Shown piece after piece: positions 1 to 11,713 of a DNA stretch of 64,000 bases. Within the stretch, counting starts at the first letter, position 1; every line of letters starts with the position of its first letter. The notes beneath the pieces were generated by a model. It saw only the letters and a list, made by a program, of their open reading frames with translations. It searched no databases and was not told where the DNA came from. The position numbers and the translations under genes are program-made. The stretch is taken from NCBI RefSeq assembly GCF_009834535.1, contig NC_045696.1:47866001-47930000 (forward strand), read 5' to 3'. The DNA is from Camelus ferus. Taxonomy: Eukaryota.

Positions 1-147
1 GAGCTCCGCCCACCGATACGTCGCAGTTGTGAACCCCAATCAGCCAGGGATCTTTTGAGGATGCTCGAAAACAGCAACGATTCACATAGAATGCTGGCTC
101 CGCTTGAATGCTTGGAGCCTTGGGAGAGACTCTGCAAAGGTCCCTAA

Positions 148-317
148 CCCAGAATATATTTACTTATTAAAAATAACAATAAACCCACTACTTGTTGATA
201 TTATAAATGTCTTTATAAAGAATAACTATATTTTCCTAAAATGAATTTAGTCAGAAGACTGGCATTGTTTTACAAATCTTTTGCGATAACGTCTGGCTTA
301 ATAAAGCTGGATTCTTA
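148..317. mobile_element. Charlie1-like hAT DNA transposon fragment
   Basis: aataacaataaaccc...aataactatattttcc...gaagactggcattgttttaca...gtctggcttaata resembles the Charlie1 consensus. Confidence 0.55.
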
Positions 318-339
318 AAAAAAAAAAAAAAAAAAAAAC

Positions 340-1870
340 TTCAAAAAATACGATATAGGTCAGAAAATCAGCTCTAAAGGAAGGAAGTTTTAGAGAAGAA
401 ATAAAGATAAAATAAAATATTTTTTTCTTATTCTTAATTGATCTAACACATAACAGTTTGTTCAAAATAAATAAATAGGTAAGTAAAATGAATGACAGCA
501 ATGTTGTAAGGAAGTAAGAATTGGGAATACTGTATTACAAGGCACTTGTAATACTCATGAAGTGATATGTTGTTATTTGAAAGAGAACATGGATTATTCG
601 TAATTATTTATTGCAAACTCAAGGGCAAGCACTAATAAAAAGTAGTGAAAGCATAATTGATATGCAAAGAGGGGGAAAATGGAATCAAAATGTTCAACTG
701 AGGTAAAAAGGGAAAGAGGGGAAGATGAAAAAAATAAGAAACTAGGGCAAAAAAACAAATATAGATCTTAATCCATCTATATCAATCACTTTAAACACCA
801 ATTTGCTAAATGACTAATCCAGAGAATAATAGAACACCCACATATCTGGGGAAAATATTTGCAAAACTATATCCAAAATATAAAAAAGAACTCTTAATAC
901 TCAATAATAACCATTTTTTTTTTTTAATGAGCAAAAGACCTGAACAGACACCTCACCAAAATATAAAGATGGCAAATAACCCTATGGAAAGATGCTCCAC
1001 ATCATATGTCACTAGGGAATTGCAAATTAAAAGGAGTTACTACTACACACCTTTTAGAATGGTCAAAATCCAAAGCACTGACAACCCCAAATGCTGGTGA
1101 GGATGTGGAGCAGAAGGAACCCTCATTCATTGCTGGTGGGAATGTAAAATAGTATAGCCACCTTGGAAAACAGTTTGGCAGTTTCTTACAAAACTAAACA
1201 CACTCGTATAATTCAGAAATCATGCTCCTTGGTATTTACCCAAATGAGTTGAAAATGTATGTTCACACAAAAACCTGAACACAAATGTTTATAGCAGCTT
1301 TTCTCATAATTGCCAAAACTTGGAAGCAACGAAGGTGCCTTCAATATGTGGATGAATAAATTATTGTACATCCAGACAATATAATATTCAGCATTAAAAA
1401 GAAGTGAGCTCTCCAAGCATGAAAAAAAACATGGAAGAACCTCAAATACACATTGCTGTGAAAGAAGTCAATCTGAAAAGGCTATTGTATGATTCCAACT
1501 GTATGACATTCTGTAAAAATGCAAAGCTATGGAGACAGTAAGAGGATCAGTGGTCAGGGGTAGAGGGGAAGAAGTGTTAAATAGGTGGAGCACAGGGCAT
1601 TTGTATAGGGCAGTGAAACTATTTTGTATGGTGGGTATATGTCATTATACACTGATCAAAACCCCCAGGATGAATGACACAAAGAATGAGACCTAATGTA
1701 AACTATGGGCTTTGGGTGATAATGATGGGTCAATGTAGGTTCAACAACCGTACCACTCGGGTGCAGGATGTTGATAGTAGAGGATATGGGGAAATGGAGG
1801 AGGAGGTAGTGTTTGAGAGCTGTTTTCTGAAAGCCTAGAACTGCTTTAAAAATCTATTAATTAAAACAAA
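340..1870 (+). mobile_element. Ancient L1 (L1MC/L1MD-like) fragments: ORF2 end and 3' UTR
   Basis: gcaaaagacctgaacagacacctcaccaaa, gctggtgaggatgtggagcag, ggtatttacccaaatgagttgaaaa, aatgtaaactatgggctttgggtgataatg. Confidence 0.85.
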
Positions 1871-2069
1871 ACCAAATTATATTCTATATAGCTAATACTT
1901 GAAGCAGTAGCAGTCACTCTTTGGTAAACCTCAGCACAGAATCCAGACATTCCCATCTCTACTCAAGGCATCAGGCAACACTGAGGATGGCTAGGACAGA
2001 GCACGGCAAACATTGGGATGCAAGTCACTTTAGCTGTGGGATCTCCATATTCCTTTTTTTTTCCTCCCT

Positions 2070-2160
2070 TGATTACTAATAAGGAGATTGAATCAGTAAT
2101 CAAAACACTTCCCAACAAACACAAGCCAGATGACTTCACAGGTGAATTCTAACAAACATT
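2070..2160 (+). mobile_element. Short L1 ORF2 fragment
   Basis: aataaggagattgaatcagtaatcaaaa...gacttcacaggtgaattct. Confidence 0.6.
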
Positions 2161-2436
2161 TGGGGTTTTTTAAATTTTGTTTTATTTTATTTTATTTGTG
2201 GTATTAATAGCAATAGCAGTTTTTGTTGTTGTTTTCAATAGATTTCTACATTTTTTCTAATTGAAGTAGAATTGGCATATAACATTATATTAGTTGCAGA
2301 TGTACATATAGTAAATTTGATATTCGTATACACTACAAGTATAGACCAAGGTAAGTCTGTCACCATCATTACCATACAGTTACCCCCACTTCACCCATTT
2401 TGCCCACCCATCTATCCCTTCCCCTCTGGTAGTCAT
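2160..2436 (-). mobile_element. L1 3' end with T-rich (poly-A) tail abutting the DPPA2 stop codon
   Basis: aattgaagtagaattggcatataacattatattagtt...ttcacccatttt...cccctctggta is the antisense of an L1MA/L1_Art 3' end. Confidence 0.7.
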
Positions 2437-2545
2437 TTATTTTTTATTAGGACATGGCCCATCTAAGAGAAATGATGTTGATGTGTTCAAACTGCGTTTC
2501 TTCTTCTCCCCCAATGCACTTAATCTTTTCATTATTTTTTTATTC
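2437..2545 (-). CDS. DPPA2: DPPA2 last coding exon ([36 protein letters not shown])
   Basis: Acceptor ttgctttacag. NKKIMKRL matches human NKKMMKRL. TAA at 2439-2437. Confidence 0.88.
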
Positions 2546-5500
2546 CTGTAAAGCAAGTTAGAAAAGAATTTTGAAAAACTGTTAGAATAAGATAGACCAT
2601 TCCATACCACCCCTTAAAAGTGACCAATAAAATAAGAAATACACAAAATTCTGGGCTTTGAGTAGTTTGCCCCACCATTTAAGGATGGTGGGTAAAAAGA
2701 TTTTATGTAGTAAACAAAGGAACAAGATTTTCCGTTTAGTATCAGGGCTCATATTCTGTATACTATCATTGGTTCTACTTCCTTTATCCTTATACCCACC
2801 CTTTCCTTCCCAAAGCTTCTCTGACATCCCCTCTCTATTCACACACACTCATGGCTTTTCCATTAAAAATTAAAAAGAAGAAAAAGAGAGGAAGGGCAGA
2901 AGGAAGGGAGGAAGAAGGGAGGGAGGGAGGAAGGAAAGAAGGAAGGGAGGAGGAAGGGAGGGAGGGAGGAAGGAAAGAAGGAAGGGAGGAAAGAAGGAAG
3001 GGAGGAAAGAAGGAAGGGAGGAAAGAAGGAAGGGAGGGAGGGAGGAAGGAAGGGTGGGAGGAAGGGAGGGAGACAAGCTCCCTTGATATTACTGCCTCAA
3101 CTATCTGCTATCTCCTATGCTCTGCTCAGGTAGTAGAGATCATCAATATGACTGGTTCCCAGTCCTTCACATGCTCTACTCGGACTTATCACTATCACCT
3201 GACCCTCTCAACCTACTCACATAAAGCCTACCAATGACATCCCAAATTGACATTCCCAACAGCACTCAATCATAATCTTGCCAGGCCTTCTCACTGCCAA
3301 CCACTTCCTTCTGAACCACTCTATCCAGTGCTTTCTTTTCTCATCTCCCCACCTCTAAATGCACTTTTTCAGTCTCTGTTGCTTACCTGCCACCAATATG
3401 CTGATTCTCTTTAAGGTTTCTTTCCTCTGTCCCTTCTAATTCCTACATATGTTTATGTTTAATTTGTATGTTAATGACTCCCGAAGATGTTTCTCTCTAA
3501 CCCATACTTCTCTCTGAAAGTTAGACCCACATAAAGCATGTCCCACATGACATATTTTTTGCTGTTGAACTGAACTTCTACCTTTCCTCTAATAAGATGG
3601 CATCCTGTCCTCTATACTCCTACAACTCTTAAATTTGGCCCATTCCTCTCTAAATTCTTTGCCAATTTAATCATAAATTATATCTTTCCAGAATTATTAA
3701 TCTCACCCTCTGTTTCTAGTCTCCATTGCAAGATTTCAATCTACTTCCTAAAAATAGACCCTTAATTTCCCTTCGCATCCATCTCACATCACCTCCACCC
3801 AATTCCACCATCAAAAGCTAAATTCTGCACTCATGGATGACAATTAGGAATTCTATGCCTATAGAAATTCCAAAGCACTGCTTATGTGTGTGCCCGATGT
3901 GCATTTTCTTGGATGGAGGGGATGTAATTATCATTATTTTCCCAAAACAGTCTATGTCCCAAAGGGGACTGAGAAATTATGACCCACAGGCTAACATATG
4001 AGGCCTTAATATAGATATGAACCCTTCAATAGTCTGCTCCTTCTCTTCCCAGGCTTATTTGTCAATAAGATTCAATCATGTCGACTTATTTGCAATCTCT
4101 AAGTATGTCATATTCTTCCATTTCCATGTATTGTTATGGGTTGTTTCCACTACCAAAATGCCCTAATTGTTACCTGGTTACGGGTAAGCTCTTCCTCAAT
4201 GCATGTAATTCCTTCTGAATTGTCCCTGAACTACTCCAATATAGGTACTACCCATATATTTTCATAGCATCTCTTACTCATTTTCATTCCAGCGTACTGC
4301 ATGGGTTTTGTCTTACGAATTTTTTTATCCCCTCCTAAGTATCTGACACAGAGTAAGAAATCTTAATTTTTTTCTTTCTTAAAACAGATCTCTCTAGAAT
4401 TGAGGCTGTTAAGGTCGTAACCTATCAAATACTTTAAGATTGTTAAGAAGAAGCCACATTTATCTGAGTTCTAATCCACTACTACTTTGCCTGATCTATA
4501 TGGCAAAATTAAGAAAACAGTATGTTTGCCCTCTGCCTTCTCCTACTAAATTATTCAGAGATCCACCTAGACATCTACTTTTCTGTGTATCATACTTAGA
4601 AAGCACCTAGACATCTACCTTTCTGTGTATCATACTTAGAAAGACACTTAAGGGTTACCTCTTAGCACATTCAGGGCATAACATATTATCTTCCAGGTGT
4701 GGGGATGGGAAAGTGCAGGCAGGTAGCAGGAAGAGAGAGATCATCCTCCTGGGAGTGTTTGGAACCCAGGCCTGACCTGCATGGAACTGCAGGCGAACCC
4801 AGCCTTCTGTGTCTGCCAGGAGAGGCCTGCCGTGGACCACGCACCACCTGACACCTGGGCCGGGGAAAGAGAAGCAACTATAAACTGCTAAGGTCAGGTA
4901 CCAGCACCCCAATCCAACCCCTCAGCAAGTCACTCTTGATTTTGCTCTTATATTCTGTTGATGAATCAGCTGAATGAGAAGCATGAAGAATGCAGAACAA
5001 AACACACTATAATCTAACGTCACAAATTACACAGCACAAGGAATAATAATAATTAAGTTTTGGGAAAATCTGCTTTGTGTTCAGGATTTTGCTAAGTGGT
5101 TTACATGTATTCAAACATATATTCTTAAGAATGTTAGTAATATTTACCTTCTATTTCCTTTAATTTACAAGTGGGGTAAGTGAAGCTTATATTGTTAAAA
5201 TATCATAATTTTCCCAGAACCAAGACATGGATCTAGGTATTCTGGCTCACAGTCCACTGGCCTAACCACTACCTTGTACTGCCTCAACTATAGGAAACAC
5301 GCAAAAGGATCTTTGTTTAAAAGTCTAAGGAAAAATCTGACGGGGGAGATGGGATATTTGAGAGACAACAGAGTAAGTCTTATAGTTATCAAGTGTCTGA
5401 AATTGAGAGAAAGGAGCAGTCACTGTGGGCTTAACATCTATAAAATCTTCCCAGTCAGGCTGTACAACAAGAGTAGAGATTATGTGCGTTTAGCACAGTT

Positions 5501-8500
5501 TGCCCCGTGGCCAGGCATACTCCTGGACCCCTGCAGGTACTTAGTAACTGCTGAATGAAGAGCAGCTAAAAGGATGAGTAAACCTGAGGCGCTATTAACA
5601 GGCCAGTTTTGGCTCTGTCTTCTTTTTAGCTGGCTTCTCTGTGTAATGAACAGAGTGCTTTACCACACAAGTCAGTCCCAAATAAAAGAGGATCTAAGAC
5701 ACTTCTGGAAATGGAGTGGAGAGAGGAAAAGAATTCAAGGCATGTAAAAGGATGACTTTGTGCTGGCCTGAGGTAGGGTCTGCTGGAGATGAAAACAAAA
5801 ATATCAAAGAGAAAGGAACAGGAAATGGAAAATGATGAGACTAAGTTATTCTCCGGGTTCCTTAAGAGGACAGGGGGCCCAAACATTTTAAGTATGCTGC
5901 CTACTTTAAATATGCCGAGCTGTATCCCATAAGCCTCACGATCGTTCTGTGAAGGAGGGTGGTAGAGATCATTTCATTCGCCGGGGTACCAGCGCTTACG
6001 CTAAGTAGCTTACGCTGAGTAAGCTGTCAGTGCCACATACTTAGGAAGTGGCATAAGACAAGGATTTGATCCAAAGCTGTTTAATTCTAACACCATCTTA
6101 CTATGTCATGAAAGCCCTGAGGAAGGAAATGAAAAAGGGAAGACCTCAGGCTGTGGCTGACCACATTATGCTTTCTTCCCACCTTGGACTTGTGCTTAGC
6201 AGCGGGGAAGGGTTCCACTCAGTTACCTGACGCAGAGAACCATTCAGGCAAACCTCGGCTATCTGTCAGTCACAGCATAAGCCCTTGGTGAGCCTAATAT
6301 CCAATCTGCAGATATTTTAACTAACTCTTTCCCTTTCACTACCGTCAGTATTGGACTAATAGAAGTGCACCTTCTTTCTCCGGCATCATGCTCACTTTAT
6401 AAGGCTGATCTTACCAGCGGCTTGTGGCAGAAAAGTCTCCACAGAAGAAGGAACCGGACGTGAATTCACAGCCTTAGACTGAACGGCTCTTGCGGCGATT
6501 CTTGCCCATGCTGCCAACATAGCTTCCTGAGCTGAAGTTATCACTTCAACCACGTTGGTCCCTTCCTCCCTCTCGCTCCTCTTACTTTTCCCAGTGCTTG
6601 CTCTCTTGGTCACCATTTTGTGTTTCCTTGAACATGACTGCAATCTGGCCTCCTGTGATGACTGAGGAACATACTGCAAATGGAATTCACGATGAGCATT
6701 CAGGGAAGTTCTATGGCCCTAAAGACGTTTGGGTCGATTTTATCATTCCTTATACACGACCCATGAATGTTAGTGCGGGAAAGGTTCAGGAATGTTAGTT
6801 CCCTTAGAGCAGCAGTTCTCAACTAGGAGGAATTTTTGATTGCTAAAACTCTGTGTAGGGAGTGGGGGTTGACACTCAGTGGGTAGAGGCCAGGGATATT
6901 TAGGCTGCTAAACATCCTGAAAAACAAAGCAGGGGGAAGGGTATAGTTCAGTGGTAGAATACATGCCTAGCATGCACAAGGTCTTGGGTTCAATCCCCAG
7001 TACCTCCATCCAAAAAAATACGTAAGTACATGAAGGTAATTACCTCCTCCCACCCCCCCCTACAAAAAAAAATCAGAGGGAAGCACCCCCACCCCAAAAA
7101 AACAAAAAAGAAATTATTTGGCCCAAAATGTTCAACTGTTTTGGTTGAAAAACCTTGTCTTCATGGTACAACATTAATGGAGGTGGCGGTGGGAGAGGAG
7201 GAAAAATTCACAATCAGAACTTAACGTCACCACACTCCTCACTCACCTGATTTTTTCCAGGATAAGCATGTTTCTGGAGTCTCAGATAAACCTCTACTTT
7301 CTAGGGGAATTAAGAAGGGAAATAAAAATTAAAAGCTAGCAGAGCTTCCTTCCCATGCTTGTTGCAAGCACCAGAGAGTCCCACCCATGCACTCACCTTT
7401 CCATCTGTACTTAAATTAAGTTGTTGGCACCAGTTCCGCAAAGTGTCCCGACTCACTTTGTTAACTGGAGGCAAAGTGGTTGGCAAGGGAAAGATGGGTT
7501 TACTACAGCTAGATTTGGGGCATGCTTTGAACTGTTCATTCACTTGAGGAAGATGAACTGATAAAAAAAGAGAGAACCAAAGTAGTAATCATTTAATATT
7601 TTTAAGATCTTTTATAATTTTACAGAGTTCTTACTTATTTCTCACCACCTAATTTGCACATATGCATATCAAATATTTTTCCTCATCTTACAAATAAGGT
7701 AATAGATTCAGGAATTAAAGGTTGCCTGAGATAACAGCACCATTAAAATGGCAGACTTAGGATTCAGATCCATGCTTTAAAATTCTCAATTCCATGTTTT
7801 TCACACTACATACAGAAACCTGTTTTCTGTAGCCATCAACAACCAACTGGATAGAACATTATGTTGAATTGCTCCTCCAAAATATCTAGATGTTGGATCA
7901 CAAAATATTAGCTGTCCCTACATAAATAATTAAAACCACCCCAACCAACATGGTCCTCCATTCTGTCATTCTGCCTCATTTTTCTCTACAGAGAAAATAT
8001 ACCCTGTCTCACATCACTTTGCTGAGCTCTAACTTGTCACTATCTACTTCATCTTCAGGTCCCCATTACTGGGCCCCAAAATAAAATTATTTTGAAAATA
8101 CATATTCAATGCCTTTATAGAAAGCCGTGAGAATAAGGGTCATGGTATTTGATCAGTAATTATTTACCAAGCAAAAGACTAGATGTTTTTCAAAATTATT
8201 TAGTCTCCCAATATTTAGACCAAATTTAGACCAAATACCATATGCTCTTGCTTATATGTGGAATCTAAAAAAAGCCGAACTCAGAAATGGAGAGTTTATT
8301 AGTGATTACAAGGAACTTGGGGGTGGCAGAAATGAGGAGATTTGGATCAAAGGGTACAAATTTTCAGTTATAAGATGAATAAGTTCTGGGGATCTGATAT
8401 ATAGCATAGTGACTATAGTTAACAATACTATATTGTATTCTTTATAGTTGATAAGAATAAATCTTAAGTGTTCTTACCACAAGGAGGGAAAAGAGCTAAC

Positions 8501-11500
8501 TGTGTGAGGTGATGGATGTGTTAATTAACTTTCTTTTGGTAATCACTTTGCAGTATATACGTATATCAATCATCACATTGTACACCTTAAAATTACACAA
8601 TTACACAAGGTTATGTGCCAATTATACCTCAAAAAGCTAGGAGAAACTATTTGGTCTTCATAAGGGGTATGTAAAAAATGTGTTCACTAAAATGGAGAGA
8701 AGACTGAGCTTCATGGCTTAAGAATGTGAGCTTATACCTAGCTGCCCCGTAAGATCCTGCTCTGACCGAAGCACTCCACGGACCTATTTTTTATATCTTC
8801 TTACAAGCTGGACAGTACATGATGCTTAGCAAATGAGAAGTATGAGTGTCTGAGAAATCTCTTACCACAGATAATCAAGGCGAGATTTAAGCCAGGTGTT
8901 GTATAGTCAAAGGATAGAGGAAGAAAAACGTTACTTTTCCTGGGCTTCCCAGAGCTGGCAGAGCAGCAAACTGAGATAACCCTGTTGTCCTCATACCTTG
9001 ATCGTTTGTACTCAGTGGCTCCAGGTCGGCTTCTGAAGTTGAAGAAATACCTGGTTCCATTTGATACTCTTCAACAATTTCTTCATTAACTGGAACTAAT
9101 GTAAGAACCACATTTTCTTCTTCATCTAATGCCTCCTCAAAGAAATTCTGGAAAAGAAAGGGTCAATCATTGATTCTCATTTGATGCTGTGCAACTAAAA
9201 TGTTTACTTTCATGATGCAACTAATGAATAAACTGAGAAGTGGCAGGGGCAGTGGTGGAGGGGGTATAGGTAAGTGGTTTACAGCGTGGCTTAGCTTGCA
9301 TGAGGTCCTGGGTTCAATCTCCAGTACCTCCATTCTAAAAAAAAGAAGTGAAAAAACTGAGAAGCCAATAGTGAGATAGAGAGACGATTGAGGTTTCTTG
9401 AATTTGATTTTGATTAGTGGACCCTCTATTAGATAAGGGAAGCAACGAGGAAGTGGGCAAAAGCAGATTTACATACGGGTGATAAGCGGAAGTTAAAGAG
9501 CAGAGCTTGGTTTGGGGAAACCGTTTCCTACATGGCCTTCCTCTCCAACAGCTAAAACTCCAAATACTTTCATTTTAGCTCCTAAATCTGTGTGGAAGGT
9601 GTTTCTGCCTTGCCATCTTCTTTCATGTGTTTCAAGCTGTCATCAACTTTCACTGGCAGGTGTAATAATCTCCTGTTATTCCCAAACCCATTCTAACCCC
9701 TCTCTGCAGACAACTCTCCTGTTTGTTTAAAATATTTCAGTGGCTTATCATTGCTATTCAAGTTAAAGATAAAACTCCCTCATGTAACCTGCAAATTCTT
9801 GAACATTCAGCCCCTGCCTACCTTTCCAGTTTAAGATCCCTGAACTTTCTGAGCTTCAGCCATACCAACCTTATTTCAGCCTCATGACATGAGAGGAGCA
9901 AATATATGTTTTACTCTCCATTGCAATCACAGGGCTCACACAGTGCCCAGCAGAATGGACGTTTAACATTCTTTTAATGATTTAATGAATAAGAGACAAC
10001 GTGGATAGGTAGAAACTGATTTCACTGGTTTTGTACAGTACACATGCACTATGGTAGGAGCTTTCTGTGTTTCTCTCATTTAATCCTATAACATACTTGT
10101 AGTAATTTGTTAGCTTTCCTACTTTACAAATTAGTCAGCTGACTGTCAGAAATTAAAAGACCAATGCCGTAGTCACATATGCTTAAGTTTCTTAGCTTTT
10201 CCTCTCAAGTCCAAGGGTGAACAAATTCCATTCCAGCCTTGTTGTAATACTCCTCTCAGAATGGCCAAGAGCTGATGGGCCATGTCCTTCCCCCTGCCTA
10301 ATCTCTTCAATGACTTCCCCTTGCTCTCATGCTTTCAGTGATTTTGCATTTGCATGCCACTTTTTCAAAGCACTCCTGTACATTCTTCCCTGGTCAGCTT
10401 AAAAAAAATTGACATTATGGGGGGATTAGAGGTAAGTGGGGACTCAAAGCAGCTAGATGACTTGCCCATAATCATATACTAAATATGGATCAATTTAGTC
10501 CTCTAGCCTGGAATAGAGGTCCTTGTAAATACCTATGAAATTTATTCAATTTATTTTCTCCTCTAGTCCAGGACTACCCAACCCTAGTCAGGAACCCATT
10601 TGGTACCAAGGCCATTGGAAAGTTAGTTACTTCATACACACAGAGGAAAGAAACCAACTAGTCACTTCACTTTCCGACCTTATCCACATTACCCTACCTC
10701 ACTTTCTTTTTCCTGTAGCTCTCCATTTCTTTACCGTTTTATCTTGCCCAGCTAAAACACGACTTTTGACAAAATGAATCTCTTACTTTGGAGCAAAAAT
10801 ATTTAGTTTCTCCTTTTCACTTTCACGCAAATATATACAAAGCCACAATCATGTGAAAGAAAGGTAATAATCCTCAGCCATAAAAAGGAATTGAAACAAT
10901 GCCACTTGTGGCAACATGGATGGAACTAGAGATTATCATATTAAGTTAGAAAAACAAATATCATATAATATCACTTACATGTGGAATCTAAAAAAAGATA
11001 CAAATTTTATTTACAAACCAGAAATAGACTCAGGACGTAGAAAACAAACTATGGTTACCAAAGGGGAAAGGGGGAGGAGGGCTAAGATAGAAGTTTGGGA
11101 TTAACAATTACACATTACCATATACAAAACAGATAAACAACAAGGACCTACTGTATAGCACAGGGAACTATATTCAATTTCCTGAAAAGAGCTATAATGG
11201 AAAAGAACCTGAAAAAATATACATATATATGTATATGTATAACTGAATCACTTAGCTGTACACCTGAAATTAACATTTGTAAAATCAACTACAGTTCAAT
11301 TAAAAAATTTTTAACAAAAAAAAATTTATTACATTGGAAAAAAAAAAGAAAAATAATAATCCACTTGCAAAGAGGAGGTTCCCTGTTGGAGATTTCTTAC
11401 ATTCAGAAAGACTCATGACAAGAGGGAAATACGGGGTTTGGGAATAGCTCCGTGGTAGAGCGCATGCTTAGCAGTGCTGGGTTCCATCTCCAGTACCTCC

Positions 11501-11536
11501 GTTAAAAGAAAGAAAGAAAGAAAGAAAGAAAGAAAA

Positions 11537-11620
<84 letters not shown>

Positions 11621-11656
11621 AGGAAAGAAAGAAGGAAAGAAGAAGGAAAGAAGAAA

Positions 11657-11713
<57 letters not shown>

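Noticed and set aside
2070..2436. Twin-primed (5'-inverted) L1
   Set aside because: The opposite-strand ORF2 piece lies beyond the poly(A) tail rather than at the 5' end, so these are more likely separate fragments.
2851..3237. 128-aa ORF rich in E/G/R/K
   Set aside because: It is the translation of the GGAA polypurine repeat.
4564..4643. Direct repeats as a CRISPR-like array
   Set aside because: Eukaryotic context, with only two abutting copies and no spacers.
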